64,000 nucleotides of DNA from Squalus acanthias (lineage: Eukaryota): contig CM059432.1 in the NCBI GenBank assembly GCA_030390025.1, forward strand, positions 109,060,001 to 109,124,000. The letters are read 5' to 3'. Under the pieces are notes generated by a model. The model did no database searches. It was not told where the DNA came from and saw nothing but the letters and a program-made list of their open reading frames with translations. The position numbers and the translations under genes are program-made. Below are positions 49,361 to 61,499 of the stretch, one piece after another (position 1 is the first letter of the stretch; every line of letters begins with the position of its first letter).

Positions 49361-50341
49361 AAATTAAATAAATCTGTTGGACTATAACCTGGTGTTGTGC
49401 GACTTCTCATTTTTGTCCACCCCAGTCCAACGCCGGCATCTCCACATCATAACTGTAGTAAGACATCCTTGCTCCTGTACTCAAATCTTCTTGCAATGAA
49501 GGCCAACATACCATTTGCCTTCCTAACTGCTTGCTGCACCTGCATGTTTGCTTTCAGTGACTGGTGTACAAGGACACCCAGGTCCCTCTGTACATCAACA
49601 TTTCCCAATCTATCACCATTTAAATAATACTCTGCCTTTCTGTTTTTCCTACCGAAGTGGATAACTTCACATTTATCCATGTTATACTGCATCTGCCATG
49701 TATTTGCCCACTCACTCAACTTGTCTAAATCGCCTTGAAGCCTCTTTGCATCCTCCTCACAACTCACAATCCCACCTAGTTTCGTGTCATCAGCAAACTT
49801 GGAAATATTACATTTGGTTCCCTCATCCAAATCATTGATATATATTGTGAATAGCTGAGGCCCAAGCACTGATCCCTGCGGTACCCCACTAGTCACCGCC
49901 TGCCACCCCGAAAAAGACCCATTTATTCCTACTCTCTGTTTCCTGTCTGTTAACCAATTTTCAATCCATGCCAGTATATTACCTTCAATTCCATGTGCTT
50001 TAATTTTGCACACTAACCTCTTATGTGGGATTTTATCAAAGGCCTTCTGAAAATCCAAATACACCACATCCACTGGTTCTCCCTTATCTATTCTACCAGT
50101 TACATCCTCAAAAAACTCCAGTAGGTTTGTCAAACACGATTTCCCTTTCATAAATCCATGTTGACTTTGTCTAATCCCGTTGATATTTTCTAATTGTCCT
50201 GTTATCACATCCTTTATAATAGACTCTAGCATTTTCCCTACTACTGATGTTAGGCTAGTTCCCTGTTTTCTCTCTCCCTCCTTTTTTAAATAGTGGGGTT
50301 ACATTTGCCACCCTCCAATCTGCAGGAATTGTTCCATAATC

Positions 50342-50870
50342 TGGGCGGCAGGCTGACGGAGCCCAGTGGCATTCAGCTGGTAGGCTGTGGATGGAAGACC
50401 AGTACCCTGGGGCACTCTGCCAGCTCCAGGCGAAGAAAAAATTAGGGAAGGGGGATCTCAGGATGGTAGGGGGACCCGGAGCAGCAGTGGCCTAGGCTGA
50501 TTTTGTGGAGCCCAGAGGAGTTCTCCTGCTCCTTCCGGACCCACAAAAATAAACACAGACTTACTTGTCGACTCCTCTTCGGCTGGACCGCCAGCTGATT
50601 CTGGACGGAGCATGCCCAGTATGGTCCTCAAATGGCAAACAGGGTCCTCAGTGCGTCATAGGCCTACCACCTAATTCAGTCCCCGTCTGCGGCCTTCTGC
50701 AGACAAATGCCCACACACTGGCCTGGACTCCAGGAACTTTTATTTAAACAAGGCCGTGCCGTTAAGTTCGGGAGGGCCTCCACATCCCTGAAAACTCTCC
50801 GGATGCGATTGCCCACTATTGAGTTCGCTTACACTGGTCCCGCCTGCCCCCACCCATAAAATTTGAGGCC
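50342..50870. mobile_element. Partial GC-rich MITE-like element
   Basis: Ends AAAATTTGAGGCCC like the other Harbinger-type TIRs; left end not seen. Confidence 0.4.
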
Positions 50871-50959
50871 CACATCTCCATATGTGCTCATTTTATACTG
50901 GCATGAACGTGTTTAGAATAAATAGATTAGCTCCTGCATAAAAACAGTGCACACTGGGT

Positions 50960-52737
50960 TGGAGGAGGAGGCTCCATGAATATCCCCATCCTCAATGATG
51001 GTGGAGCCCAGCACATGATTGCAAAAGACAAGGCTGAAGCGTTTACAACCATTTTCAGCCAGAAGTGCCGAGTGGATGATCCATATCGGCCTCCTCCTGA
51101 GGTCCCCACCATCACAGAAGCCAGTCTTCAGCCAATTCGATTCACTCCACATAATATCAAAAAACGGCTGAGTGCACTGGATACAGCAAAGGCTATGCGT
51201 CCTGACAACATCTCGGCTGTCGTGCTGAAGACTTGTGCTCCAGAACTAGCCGTGCCTCTAGCTAAGCTGTTCCAGTACAGCTACAACACTGGCAACTACC
51301 TGACAATTTGGAAAACTGCCCAGGTATGTCCTGTTCACAAAAAGCAAGACAAATCCAATCCGGCCAATTACCGCCCCATAAGACTACTCTCAATCACCAG
51401 CAAACTGATGGAAGGTGTCATCGACAGTACTATCAAGCGGCACTTACTCACCAATAACCTGCTCACCGATGGTCAGTTTGGGTTCTGCCAGGACCACTCG
51501 GCTCCAGACCTCATTACAGCCTTGGTCCAAACATGGACAAAAGAGCTGAATTCCAGAGGTGAGGTGAGAGTGACTGCCCTTGACATCAAGGCAGCATTTG
51601 ACTGAGTGTGGCATCAAGGAGCCCTAGTAATATTGAAGTCAATGGGAATGAGGGGGAAAACTCTCCACTGGCTGGAGTCATACCTAGCACAAAGGAAGAT
51701 GGTCGTAGTTGTTGGAGGTCAATCAGCTCAGTCCCAGGACATCACTGCAGCAGTTCCTCAAGGCAGTGTCCTAGGTCCAACCATCTTCAGCTGTTTCATC
51801 AATGACCTTCCCTCCATCATAAGGTCAGAAGTGGGGATGTTCGCTGATGATTGCACAGTGTTCAGTTCCATTCACAACTCCTCAGATAATGAAGCAGTCC
51901 GTGCCCAAATGCAGCAAGACTTTGACGACATTCAGGCTTGGGCTGATAAGTGTAACATTCGCGCCACACAAGTGCCAAGCAATGACTATCTCCATCAAGC
52001 GAGAGTTTAACCACCGCCCCTTGACATTCAACAGCATTACCATCGCCGAATCCCCCACCATCAACATCCTGGGGGTCACCATTGACCAGAAACTTAACTG
52101 GACCAGCCACATAAATACTGTGGCAACAAGAGCAGGTCAGAAGCTAGGTATTCTGCAGCGAGTGTCTCACCTCCTGACTCCCCAAAGCCTTTCTACCATC
52201 TACAAGGCACAAGTCAGGAGTGTGATGGAATACTCTCCACTTGCCTGGATGAGTGCAGCTCCAACAACACTCAAGAAGCTCGTCACCATCCAGGACAAAG
52301 CAGCCCGCTTGATTGGCACCCCATCCACCACCTTAAACATTCACTCCCTCCACCACCGGCATACCGTGGCTGCAGTGTGTACCATCTACAAGATGCACTG
52401 CAGCAACTTGCCAAGGCTTCTTCAGCAGCACCTCCCAAACCCGCGACCTCTACCACCTACAAGGACAAGGGCAGCAGGCGCCTGGGAATACCATCACTTG
52501 CAAGTTCCCCTCCAAGGTACACACCATCCTGACTTGGAAATATATTGCCGTTCCTTCATCGTCACTGTGTCAAAATCCAGAAACTCCCTCCCTAACAGCA
52601 CTGTGGGAGTCCCTTCACCACACGGACTGCAGCGGTTCAAGAAGGCAGCTCACCACCACCTTCTCAAAGGCAATTAGGGATGGGCAATAAATGCTGTCCT
52701 TGCCAGCGATGCCCACATCCCAGGAACGAATAAAAAA
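50960..52737 (+). mobile_element. Non-LTR retrotransposon RT and 3' end (CR1-superfamily, Zenon-like), with stop and frameshift
   Basis: [39 protein letters not shown] and A-rich end. Clade assignment is tentative. Confidence 0.85.
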
Positions 52738-52754
52738 CAATCTGAACATTTTAA

Positions 52755-53426
52755 GGGGGCTAAATTCAGTTGATTTGCGCCTCCGGGCGCTAACGAAGGC
52801 GCTAACAGGGCGCAAATCAATTAGTGCTTGGGCACAGCGCCGCTAATGCCTCCCGCGAAATTCAGCAGGAGGTTAGCAGCGGCGCTAACCGTTAGCGCCG
52901 CGCGGCGCTGCACCGCCAGCAGTGACGTCATCTCCATGCGCAGCGCCCCGCTCGCGCCCCAGCTGTAATATTGGATGGCGCCCCCCCGACTTACCGCCGG
53001 ACGCTATGTCCGCCGGGGTCAGGGGGGCCTACCTGCGGCCAGGGCGGTGCTAGTTAAAGGGGAGGTGGCGGGCGGCCATTTTTGTTGCTGGCCGCCTGCC
53101 AGCACCTGCCCCCGTAGCTTTCCCCGGCCCCCGTGATGCCCCCCCCCGCGGGGTGCCGGCTGCTCTCTGTGAGCCCGGTACTCCTCTTGAGTGCCGGGCT
53201 CGTTTGCCGGCACTCCCAATCCCTTGTGACCCAGCTGGGCTGCGCCAGGCCCCTCCCCTTATTAAAGGGGACGAAGGCCTGCAGTAGCACCGCGATATTG
53301 GCTCGCAGCGCCCCAAGAGGGACGCGGGGCGCTTCCAGTAGCACCCCTCCTCCCTCTCGGGATGCTACTGGGAAAATCAGCCGCGGGGGCGCTAACTTTT
53401 TCGGGGCGCTACCCAATTTTTACCCC
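52755..53426. mobile_element. GC-rich PIF/Harbinger MITE
   Basis: TAA TSD on both sides; TIR GGGGGCTAAATT / AATTTTTACCCC; homolog of 8879-9587. Confidence 0.85.
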
Positions 53427-53919
53427 TAAGTGCTTCCAAGTGAACTTCTATCCTCAGTTTGATCCAGTAGTGAAACTGTCGTTGATACACCCGACAAGAA
53501 TATCTTTGTGCTTTAAGTGTGTTCAAAGAAACAAATGTAAACTTTTTGTTTTAGCCTCAGGTGCCATAGGTGGCCAGTGAATTCCACTGAATTGGTGACT
53601 TATACAAACACTCACCCACCAATATGCTGCCAGGAAATTAAAGCAATGTTTGATTAGAGAGATAACACAATACAATAGGTTACTGTATGGAACTGACAGA
53701 AGGTAATGTGCAGTTTATGTATTACAATGAATATTACATTAAAGAGGTCAACTGATCCATAATGGGAAGAGAAATACGGGAGGCCTGATAATAAGTGGAT
53801 TGTAATATTTTATGTAGTTGAACATGATCACTGGCTACTGATATTTTTCCTTCTTGTAAAAGTAATTTTCAAACATACAGATTTGACAGTGTCACACACA
53901 AAACAGGAACTGTGCTTAC

Positions 53920-53922
53920 CAG
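53920..53922 (-). other. Candidate 3-nt microexon (CTG), or the 3' end of a longer non-coding exon
   Basis: TTTATCTTTGCTTTCCAACAG|CTG|GTAAGC with upstream TTCTAAC. Confidence 0.3.
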
Positions 53923-54494
53923 CTGTTGGAAAGCAAAGATAAATCGTGTAGTGCCTTTCTTCTATACCGTTAGAAAAATGGACGTCCTTCTTTTCAGATT
54001 AATGGTTACGAAGAAAAATTCGAAGTGCTGTGCACTCCGTAATCATAAGACCCAGTCTCCGCACAAAGACGCTGTTTTTATCGCGCGTTTTATTCAGATT
54101 TTTGCATAATTTAATACTCAAAATTGACAAGCTCTTAGAGGCAATTGATAAAAAGATAAATACCCAACTAAAAGTAATGTAAGAAATTCACAAGGAATAA
54201 ACAATCAGTACAGTTAAACATACAGGAGTCTGTAAATTAACAATGTTATAGCCTCCATTGAAATAAAAACAATTGACATAAACAAAACCAGGAAATGCTA
54301 AAAACACATTTAATGTTAAGTCAGCATCTTTGGACAGAACAGACAAGTTATCATTTTGGGTGTGGATCTTTCTGCTTTTTTTTCTGCACCCAAAACTTTG
54401 GGGCATATATTTGTCTTGGGCGGTCGCACGAAACGGGCAATAGTGAACCACCATTCTGTTTTGCATTCCGCCGGATATTCTTTTCCATTGAGAA

Positions 54495-54950
54495 AGGGCT
54501 TGCATTTCTATAGCCCCATTCACAAGCTCACGGCGTCCTAAAGTACTTTACAGCCAATGAAGTACAATTGAAGTGTAGTCACTGTTGTAATGTGACAAAG
54601 GCAGCAGCCAATTTTCACACAGCAAGATCCCACAAACAGCAATGAGGTAAATGAACAGTTAAACTGTTTAGTGATGTTGGTTGAGGGATAAATGTTGGTC
54701 AGGACACCAGGGATAACTCCCCTTCTCTTCTTCGAGTAGTGCCATGGAATCTTTACATCCACCTGAGAGAGCAGACGGGGCCTCGGTTTAACATCTCATC
54801 CGAAAGAAGGCACTTCCAACAGTGCAGCACTCCCTCAGTACTGCACTGGAGTGTCAGTCTAGATTTTGTGTTCAAGTCTGTGGAGTCTCTGGAGAACCCA
54901 CAACCTTCTGACTCAGAAACGAGAGTGCTACTCATGAATCACGGCTGACA
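54495..54950 (-). mobile_element. Deu-domain SINE
   Basis: Reverse-complement homolog of 22220-22650. Confidence 0.85.
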
Positions 54951-55114
54951 CCTAAATTCAATTGAAGTCAACTGGCTGCCGATTGTCTGTTGTTTGTTTC
55001 GCGCTATTGCTTATTTGCGCTATCGCCCATGACAAATCTATACCCAATTAACATCTCTGTTCCCTCCACAGAGGCTGACTGGCCTACTGCTTGTTTCTGA
55101 AATTTTCCGTTAAT

Positions 55115-56001
55115 GGGCCAGATTTTGCTGTAAAAATAACGGTGAGGCTAACAGCGCTCACCATTGTTTATGCGCAAGATGGACAACAACTTCTGGCAAC
55201 TGCACATGTGCAATTAAACGCGGAATTCTGGAAGCCTGAGATGCCCTGCTCCTCCAAAAGCAGCATCTTGCTGTCTGACTTACCATTCAAATACATTGAA
55301 GTTCCTGTACTTACCAAATAGATACAGACTAAATTCGCCAAAAAAAAGTTAGGGCCTGTCCATTCCAGTCGAAGTACCCGTTTAAGGGTGTGATAGGTCT
55401 TAATTACTGCCAAACAGCCTATTTGGCACTGAAAATTTACTTTACAATTGTGGAGTTCATTATGGCTTTTTATTATTGTTGGAGATTTTTAAAAAACACA
55501 TTTTTACTTTTTCTTTCTCCTTTTTCTCTCTCTCTCTTAATCCAATCTTTCTTTCCCTCTCTTTATTTCACTTTCTATACCTGATTTGATGTGGAGATGC
55601 CGGTGTTGCACTGGGGTGGACAAAAGTGAGAAGTCGCACAACACCAGGTTATAGTCCAACAGCTTTATTTGAAATCACAAGCTTTCGGAGCACTGCTCCT
55701 TCATCAGGTGAAGTTTTACTTCACCTGACGAAGGAGCAGCGCTCCGAAAGCTTGTGATTTCACATAAAGCTGTTGAACTATAACCTGGTGTTGTGCGACT
55801 TCTCACTTTTATACCTGATTTGACATTGAATTCACTATTCAGAGTGACCATTCCTGGTTCAGACTCTGCACTGCTCATTAACAATTCTTCAGTCTGATTG
55901 GTTAAGGAGCTACACAGTTGCTTGTCCTGTTCACACAGGTCCCAGATGCCCTGTAGAGGGCGCTGCGCTGTTTGGATGCCACTCAGAGCAAAATCCGCCC
56001 C
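55115..56001. mobile_element. MITE inserted in an old Penelope tail; hosts the mini-PLE
   Basis: TIR GGGCCAGATTTTGCT / AGCAAAATCCGCCCC; flanks rejoin as the PLE tail TTCCAGCATCTGCAGTATTT. Confidence 0.75.
55590..55809. mobile_element. 220-bp non-coding palindromic Penelope-derived element with two hammerheads (55675-55711 -, 55721-55757 +)
   Basis: ~93-bp arms with a 3-nt loop; 14-bp TSD TATACCTGATTTGA at 55576 and 55810; termini match the 47059-49448 PLE. Confidence 0.93.
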
Positions 56002-56118
56002 ATTGTTTTAGTTTTCCAGCATCTGCAGTATTTTACATTCTATCCCACATAAGCATATCAGTCCACTATCATACTGCTCTATGAGATGAAATTTGCCTTT
56101 TCAACTCTCCATATGATG

Positions 56119-56424
56119 GAAGAGATTTTCAGGCAGCCAACCGGGCGGAAAAATGGCGTTAGTACCCCGAAAATGGTGTGGGGTGACTTATTGCCCCATT
56201 CATGCCCACAGTGTGGCCAACACTATATTACCAAGGGCCTACCACTGGCCAGCTGAGTCAGGCGGTAGGCCCTTTTAATGTGCAAATCACACAAAGCACC
56301 CTGAGCCGGCCGCCTGATACTGTGGAGCACTGGTTTTCCACCCGCAGCCCGCCAGCCCTCAAAATTGGACCGGGCCACCCACCGGCTAGCCGCCCGTGTA
56401 CCAGACAGGGGCAAAATCCACCCC
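56119..56424. mobile_element. Probable degraded MITE
   Basis: GGAAGAGATTTT ... AAAATCCACCCC termini; GC-rich interior. Confidence 0.4.
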
Positions 56425-56838
56425 AGTGAGTTCCTGATCTCAGTCAGGTTGTCTCAGCACAAAGCAGAGGTGTGACACTTCCCCGGATAAAAAGACACAG
56501 GGAAAATAGAAGCACACTGCTTTTGAATAACTTCTGTCAGCTTGGTAGCATATTCAATATGTAGACGCCTTGGCCGCGATTTCAATAAAGGAGGCGGGTT
56601 GATGGTGGGTCCGCTGCTTGGCATCTTCCGGACCCGCTCCCAGATGCTGCCGCCCCGCAGTTAAGATTTTTGCTTGATTGGCCTCGTTACAGCTGCCGTG
56701 CGGCTCCCTCCAGCCAATCGCTGCACAGTGTCAGCTTTCTCCTCTGATGACGCGTTGTTTCAGGAAAGATTTAAAGGGGCCATGTCCCCTTTGCAGAAGC
56801 ATTAGTTTTTTGCGTTAAAGGTGCTGGCTTCTGCAGGA

Positions 56839-57085
56839 ATGGCAGCCCCAAAAACTAAGGCTGCACTCAGGTTCAATGAGGGCTCCCTCCATGCCCTTGT
56901 GGAGTGAGTTAGAGGACGTCAGGAGGTCCTCTTCCCTGGGAATGGAAGGAGGAGGCCTCCTCAGCAACCCAAGGCAGCAAGTTGCTGAGGAGGTGAGTTC
57001 GAGGTCTGTATGCAGATGTACATGGATTCAGGGTCGAAAAAGGTTTAATGATCTGCAGAGATCACCTAAAGTGCGGTCTCTGTGA
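56839..57085 (+). pseudogene. Harbinger Myb/SANT-like DNA-binding protein remnant
   Basis: MAAPKTKAALRFNEGSLHALVE*VRGRQEVLFP...VAEEVSSRS..TWIQGRKRFNDL. Confidence 0.75.
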
Positions 57086-57256
57086 TCTGGGAAATGGAAG
57101 TTCAAGAGTGAGGGCTCAGGGAGAATTCCATTTAGATTGTTGGTGGTGACACGGAGCGCAAACCACCGTTTATTGGGCAGATGATGCCTGGGGTTTTGAG
57201 AATGTCGGACTTATATTCGTCTCCATGTGCCAGCCACCTGTGGTTGAAGCATAAGC

Positions 57257-58489
57257 TTACGCGAATCTGCCATGGATGAGTGCATCCCTTGCCTGACGGC
57301 CAGCAATGTGGTCGCCTGCTGCTGGATTGGCCACATCCGGCCCCGCAAGGCGTCGCTCCCTGTCCTCCTCCTCGTCCTCCTCCTCGTCCTCCTCCTCTTC
57401 TTCCAAGGAGGCTGTGTGCTGAGCCACTTGTTCGTCTGGCAGCACTAAGCCACGCTGCTATGCGATGTTGTGCAGGGCACAGCAGACCACGATGATTCTG
57501 GACACCCTGGCTGGTGCATACTGCAAGGCTCCACCAGATCTGTCTAAGTATCGGAAGCGCATTTTGAGCAAGCCAATGGTTTGCTCGATGATGCTTCTGG
57601 TGGATATGTGACTCACATTGTACCGCTCCTCAGCATCGTTTGATGGTCTCCTCATAAGCCTCTTTTTCAGGGGATAGCCCTTGTTGCCAAGAAGCCATCT
57701 GGAAAGTTGGGTTGGTGGATGGAAGAACACAGTAGACTGGCGCAGGATGAAGGAGTTATGGCAACTGCCAGGGTACTTTGCGCAAACATGCATAATTATC
57801 TTCCTGTGGTTACACACCAGCTGGACGTTCAGGGAGTGGAAGCCCTTGCGGTTGACAAATCCAGCTGGGTTGTGATAGGGGGCCCTCATGGCTACATGTG
57901 TGCAGTCTATGACGCCCTGCACCATTGGCAAGCCTGCCATATTGGCAAAGCCAACCGCACGCGCGGTCACACTTGGGCCATCTGTGGAGAAGCGGATGTA
58001 ATTGTGCGCCTTTGCAAAGAGGGCATCGGTGACCTGCTTGATGCAGATGTGTGAGGCCGACTGGGAGATGTCGCTGATGTCTGCAGCTGATCACTGGAAG
58101 GAGTCTGAAGCAAAGAAGTTGAGTGCGGTGGTGACTTTGACAGACACTGGTAAGGAGTGTCCACACGCTCCTCGGGGCTCCAGGTGTTGGTGCAGCATTG
58201 CGCAGATGTCAGCGACTATCTCTCTCGAAAGTCTCAGCCTCCTTTGGCACTGCTGCTCAGTCATGCTGAGGAAGCTGATCCTCTGCCTGTAAACCCTGTG
58301 TTGGGGATATCTCCTGCGGCAAGGCGCAGCCCTGCACTGAGGCCCTCCGCCCTGTGCATCATCAGGCGGCTGAGGAGCAGGTTGGCGCTCCTGGTGCTGG
58401 TGCTGCTGTTGTGGCTGGTTGTGGTACTGCCGCGGCTGCTCTTCCTCTGAATCTGATGACCAGGATGAGAGGATGTAAATGGATCCCAT
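57257..58489 (-). pseudogene. Harbinger (HARBI1-like) DDE transposase, disrupted
   Basis: [33 protein letters not shown] (D to N), [19 protein letters not shown], acidic tail; stops and frameshifts. Confidence 0.9.
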
Positions 58490-59479
58490 CCCGTTGCTAT
58501 AGATTTCAGTTGAGGCAAGAAGCTTGCAAGCGCACACTCAAAGTGGCCTGAAATTATTCCAATCAGGTAACACTGCAGATGGGTGTCAGCTTGAACAGTC
58601 ACAAGTTCAGTAGATTTGCAAAATCTTTTCCCAAACCTCCAACAACAAAGTTGTTGCATTTGAATGTCAGCCATGTTACAGGAGCGCTTTTAAAGTGTTG
58701 CACCAATAACTACAAATCATGTCCTTCAGCAACTCGTCTCCTTGCAGCTGGCGTGTTTCTGTCAAGATGGGAACAGGAGCCAGAAGCACAAAAATGGGAA
58801 ACCACTATAAAAATAGGATTAGCAAGGCAGTTAAAAGGCTGTTAACTGCCTTAACTACCTGTCCCACCGGTTCCCGTTGGGTCAGTTTGGGAGTGGCTGA
58901 CCCGACACTCATGAAAATCACATGGGGCGGGATGGAGGCGGGTTGGCAGTCTGAAGTAATTTTTCCCGATTTTCGCTGCTCACCCGCCTCCAAACCCGCC
59001 TCCTCAGGGCTATTAAAATCGAGCCCCTTGGATCAGAATCCCTATCCAGCCTCTCATTCAAAGAGGGCTCCACAATATGAGGGATGTAGCAGAGAGGGAG
59101 ACATTTACAAAGATTGATGTGGGAAAGTGAAGCCCCAACTTACATTGCTGACAGCAGATTTATTTAATTTGGACAAAATAATTTAAGTATTGTGGGCTAG
59201 ATCATGGGAGGAATGACCAATATTCATTGTAATTATGAACAAGTAAATTACTAACAAATTCATAAGAGGGTGCAGTCTTGAAGTAGGAACATATTGAGAA
59301 TGCATTTTCATTATTAGTATTGAAAAATAGCAGCCAACCATGATACCACTACAATATTGATCCTTTAACACATCTTAAGCAGCTAATGAACCACTTAATG
59401 TCAAAAAGTCTATTAATGCAGGTGTGGAGTGTATAATATTTGTGTGCGATGACTCGATGACAATTGAGAAGAGCCTTAT

Positions 59480-61499
59480 TTAGCTAACAAAAGAAATTAA
59501 AGCTAGTATTAAGTCAAAGGAGGAAGCTTATAAAGCTGCCAGAAAAAGCGATCAGCCTGAGGATTGGGATCTTTTTAGAAATCAGCAAAGGGGGACCAAG
59601 AAATTGATAAAGAAAGGGGAAATGGAATATGAGCACAAACTAGCAAAAAATATAAAAACGGATTGTAAAAGCTTCTATAGGTATGTGAAAAGGAAACGAC
59701 TGGCGAAGGTAAATGTAGGTCCTTTACAGTCAGAGACGGGAGAATTTATAATGGGGAATGAGGAAATGGCAGAGAAATTAAATCAATACTTTGTTTCTGT
59801 CTTCACGGAGGAAGACACAAAAAACCTCCCAGAAATACGGGAAAACCAAGGGTGTGGCGAGAATGAGGAACTTAAAGAAATTATTATTAGTAAAAAAACA
59901 GTACTAGCAAAATTAATGGGACTAAAAGTCGATAAATCTCAAGGATATCCTAGAGTTTTGAAAGAGGTGGCCATTGGGATAGTGAATGCATTGGTTGTCA
60001 TCTTCCAAAATTCTATAGATTCTGGAACGGTTCCTGCAGATTGGAGGATAGCAAATGTAACGCCGCTATTTAAGAAAGGAGGGAGAGAGAAAACGGGGAA
60101 CTACAGACCTGTTAGCCTCACATCAGTAGTTGGGAAAATGCTGGACTCTATTATAAAGGATGCAATAACTGGGCACTTGGAAACTAATAGTAAGATTGGG
60201 CAGAGTCAACATGGATTTATGAAAGGGAAATCCTGTTTAACAAACCTATTGGAGTTCTTTGAGGATGTAACTAGTGGAGTAGACAAAGGGGAACCGGTAG
60301 ATGTGGTGTATTTGGATTTTCAGAAGGTCTTCGATAAGGTCCCACACGAGGTTGGTGAACAAAATTAGGGCACATGGAATTGGGGGTAATATACTAGCAT
60401 GGATTGAGAATTGGTTAACAGACAGAAAACAAAGAGTAGGGATAAACGGGTCTTTTTCAGGATGGTAGGCTGTGACTAGTGGGGTACCGCAAGGATCGGT
60501 GCTTGGGCCCCAGCTATTCACAATCTATATCAATGATTTGGATGTGGGGACTAAGTGTAACATTTCCAAATTTGCTGATGATACAAAGCTAGGTGGCAGT
60601 GTCAGTTGTGAAGAGGATGTGAAGAGGCTTCAAGGGGATCACGACAGGCTCAGTGAGTGGGCGAGAACATGACAGATGGAATATAATGTAAATAAATGTG
60701 AAGTTATCCACTTTGGTAGAAAAAACAGAAAGGCAGAGTATTTCCTAAATGGTGAAAGATTGGGGAATGCAGATGCTGAAAGGGACCTGGGTGTCCTTGT
60801 ACATGAATCACTGAAAGTGAATGTGCTGGTGCAGCAAGCCATTAGGAAGGCAAATAGTATGCTGGCCTTCATTACAAGAGGATTTGAGTACAGGAGTAAA
60901 GAAGTCTTACTCCAATTATATAGGGCCTTGGTGAGACCACACCTGGAGTACTGTGTACAATTTTGATCTCCTTACCTAAGGAAGGATATACTTGCCATAG
61001 AGGGAGTGCAATGAAGGTTCACGAGATTGATTCCTGGGATGGCGGGACTGTCGTATGAGAAGAGATTGAGTAAACTAGGCCTGTATTCTCTTGAATTCAG
61101 AAGAATGAGAGGGGATCTCATTGAAGCATACAAAATTATTACAGGGCTTGATAGGGTGGATGCTGGGAGAATGTTTCCCTTGGCTGGGGAGTCTAGAACC
61201 AGGGGCCAAAGCCTCAGGATAAAGGGTAGGCCCTTCAGGACTGAGATGAGAAGAAATTTCTTCACCTAGAGGGTGGTGAATCTTTGGAATTCTCTACCCC
61301 AGAGGGCTGTGGAGGCTCAGTGATTGGGTATATTCAAAACAGAAGTCGATAGATTTCTGACTAGTAAGGGCATCAAGGGATATGGCGATAGGGCCGGTGA
61401 ATGGAGTTGAGGCAGAAGATCAGCCATGATCTCATTGAATGGCGGAGCAGGCTCAAAGGGCCGAATGGCCTACTCCTGCTCCTATTTCTTATGTTCTTA
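59480..61499 (+). mobile_element. CR1 LINE, 5'-truncated, multiple stops
   Basis: RT motifs across ORFs 59604-61269; 3'UTR and TTCTTATGTTCTTA tail. Confidence 0.93.

Larger units (their letters stand above)
47059..49448 (-). mobile_element. Penelope-like element, 5'-truncated, with ~654-bp inverted arms
   Basis: Arms 47059-47712 and 48759-49412 are near-identical; 13-bp TSD ATAACTGTAGTAA at 47046 and 49449. Confidence 0.95.
46465..50340 (-). mobile_element. CR1 LINE interrupted by a Penelope element
   Basis: RT ORF 49447-50232 ends VLLQL and resumes [12 protein letters not shown] at about 47058; tail CATAGAAACATAGAA on +. Confidence 0.93.
56572..59026. mobile_element. PIF/Harbinger transposon, decayed two-gene copy
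   Basis: TIR GGCCGCGATTTCAATA versus GGGCTCGATTTTAATA; TSD CTT; convergent Myb/SANT and DDE genes. Confidence 0.88.

Noticed and set aside
52755..53426. CpG-island promoter of a host gene
   Set aside because: Bounded by TIRs and a TAA TSD, with a homolog at 8879; it is a MITE.
57257..58489. Domesticated HARBI1/NAIF1 host genes
   Set aside because: Stops, frameshifts, a mutated catalytic Asp and retained TIR/TSD indicate a dead transposon.
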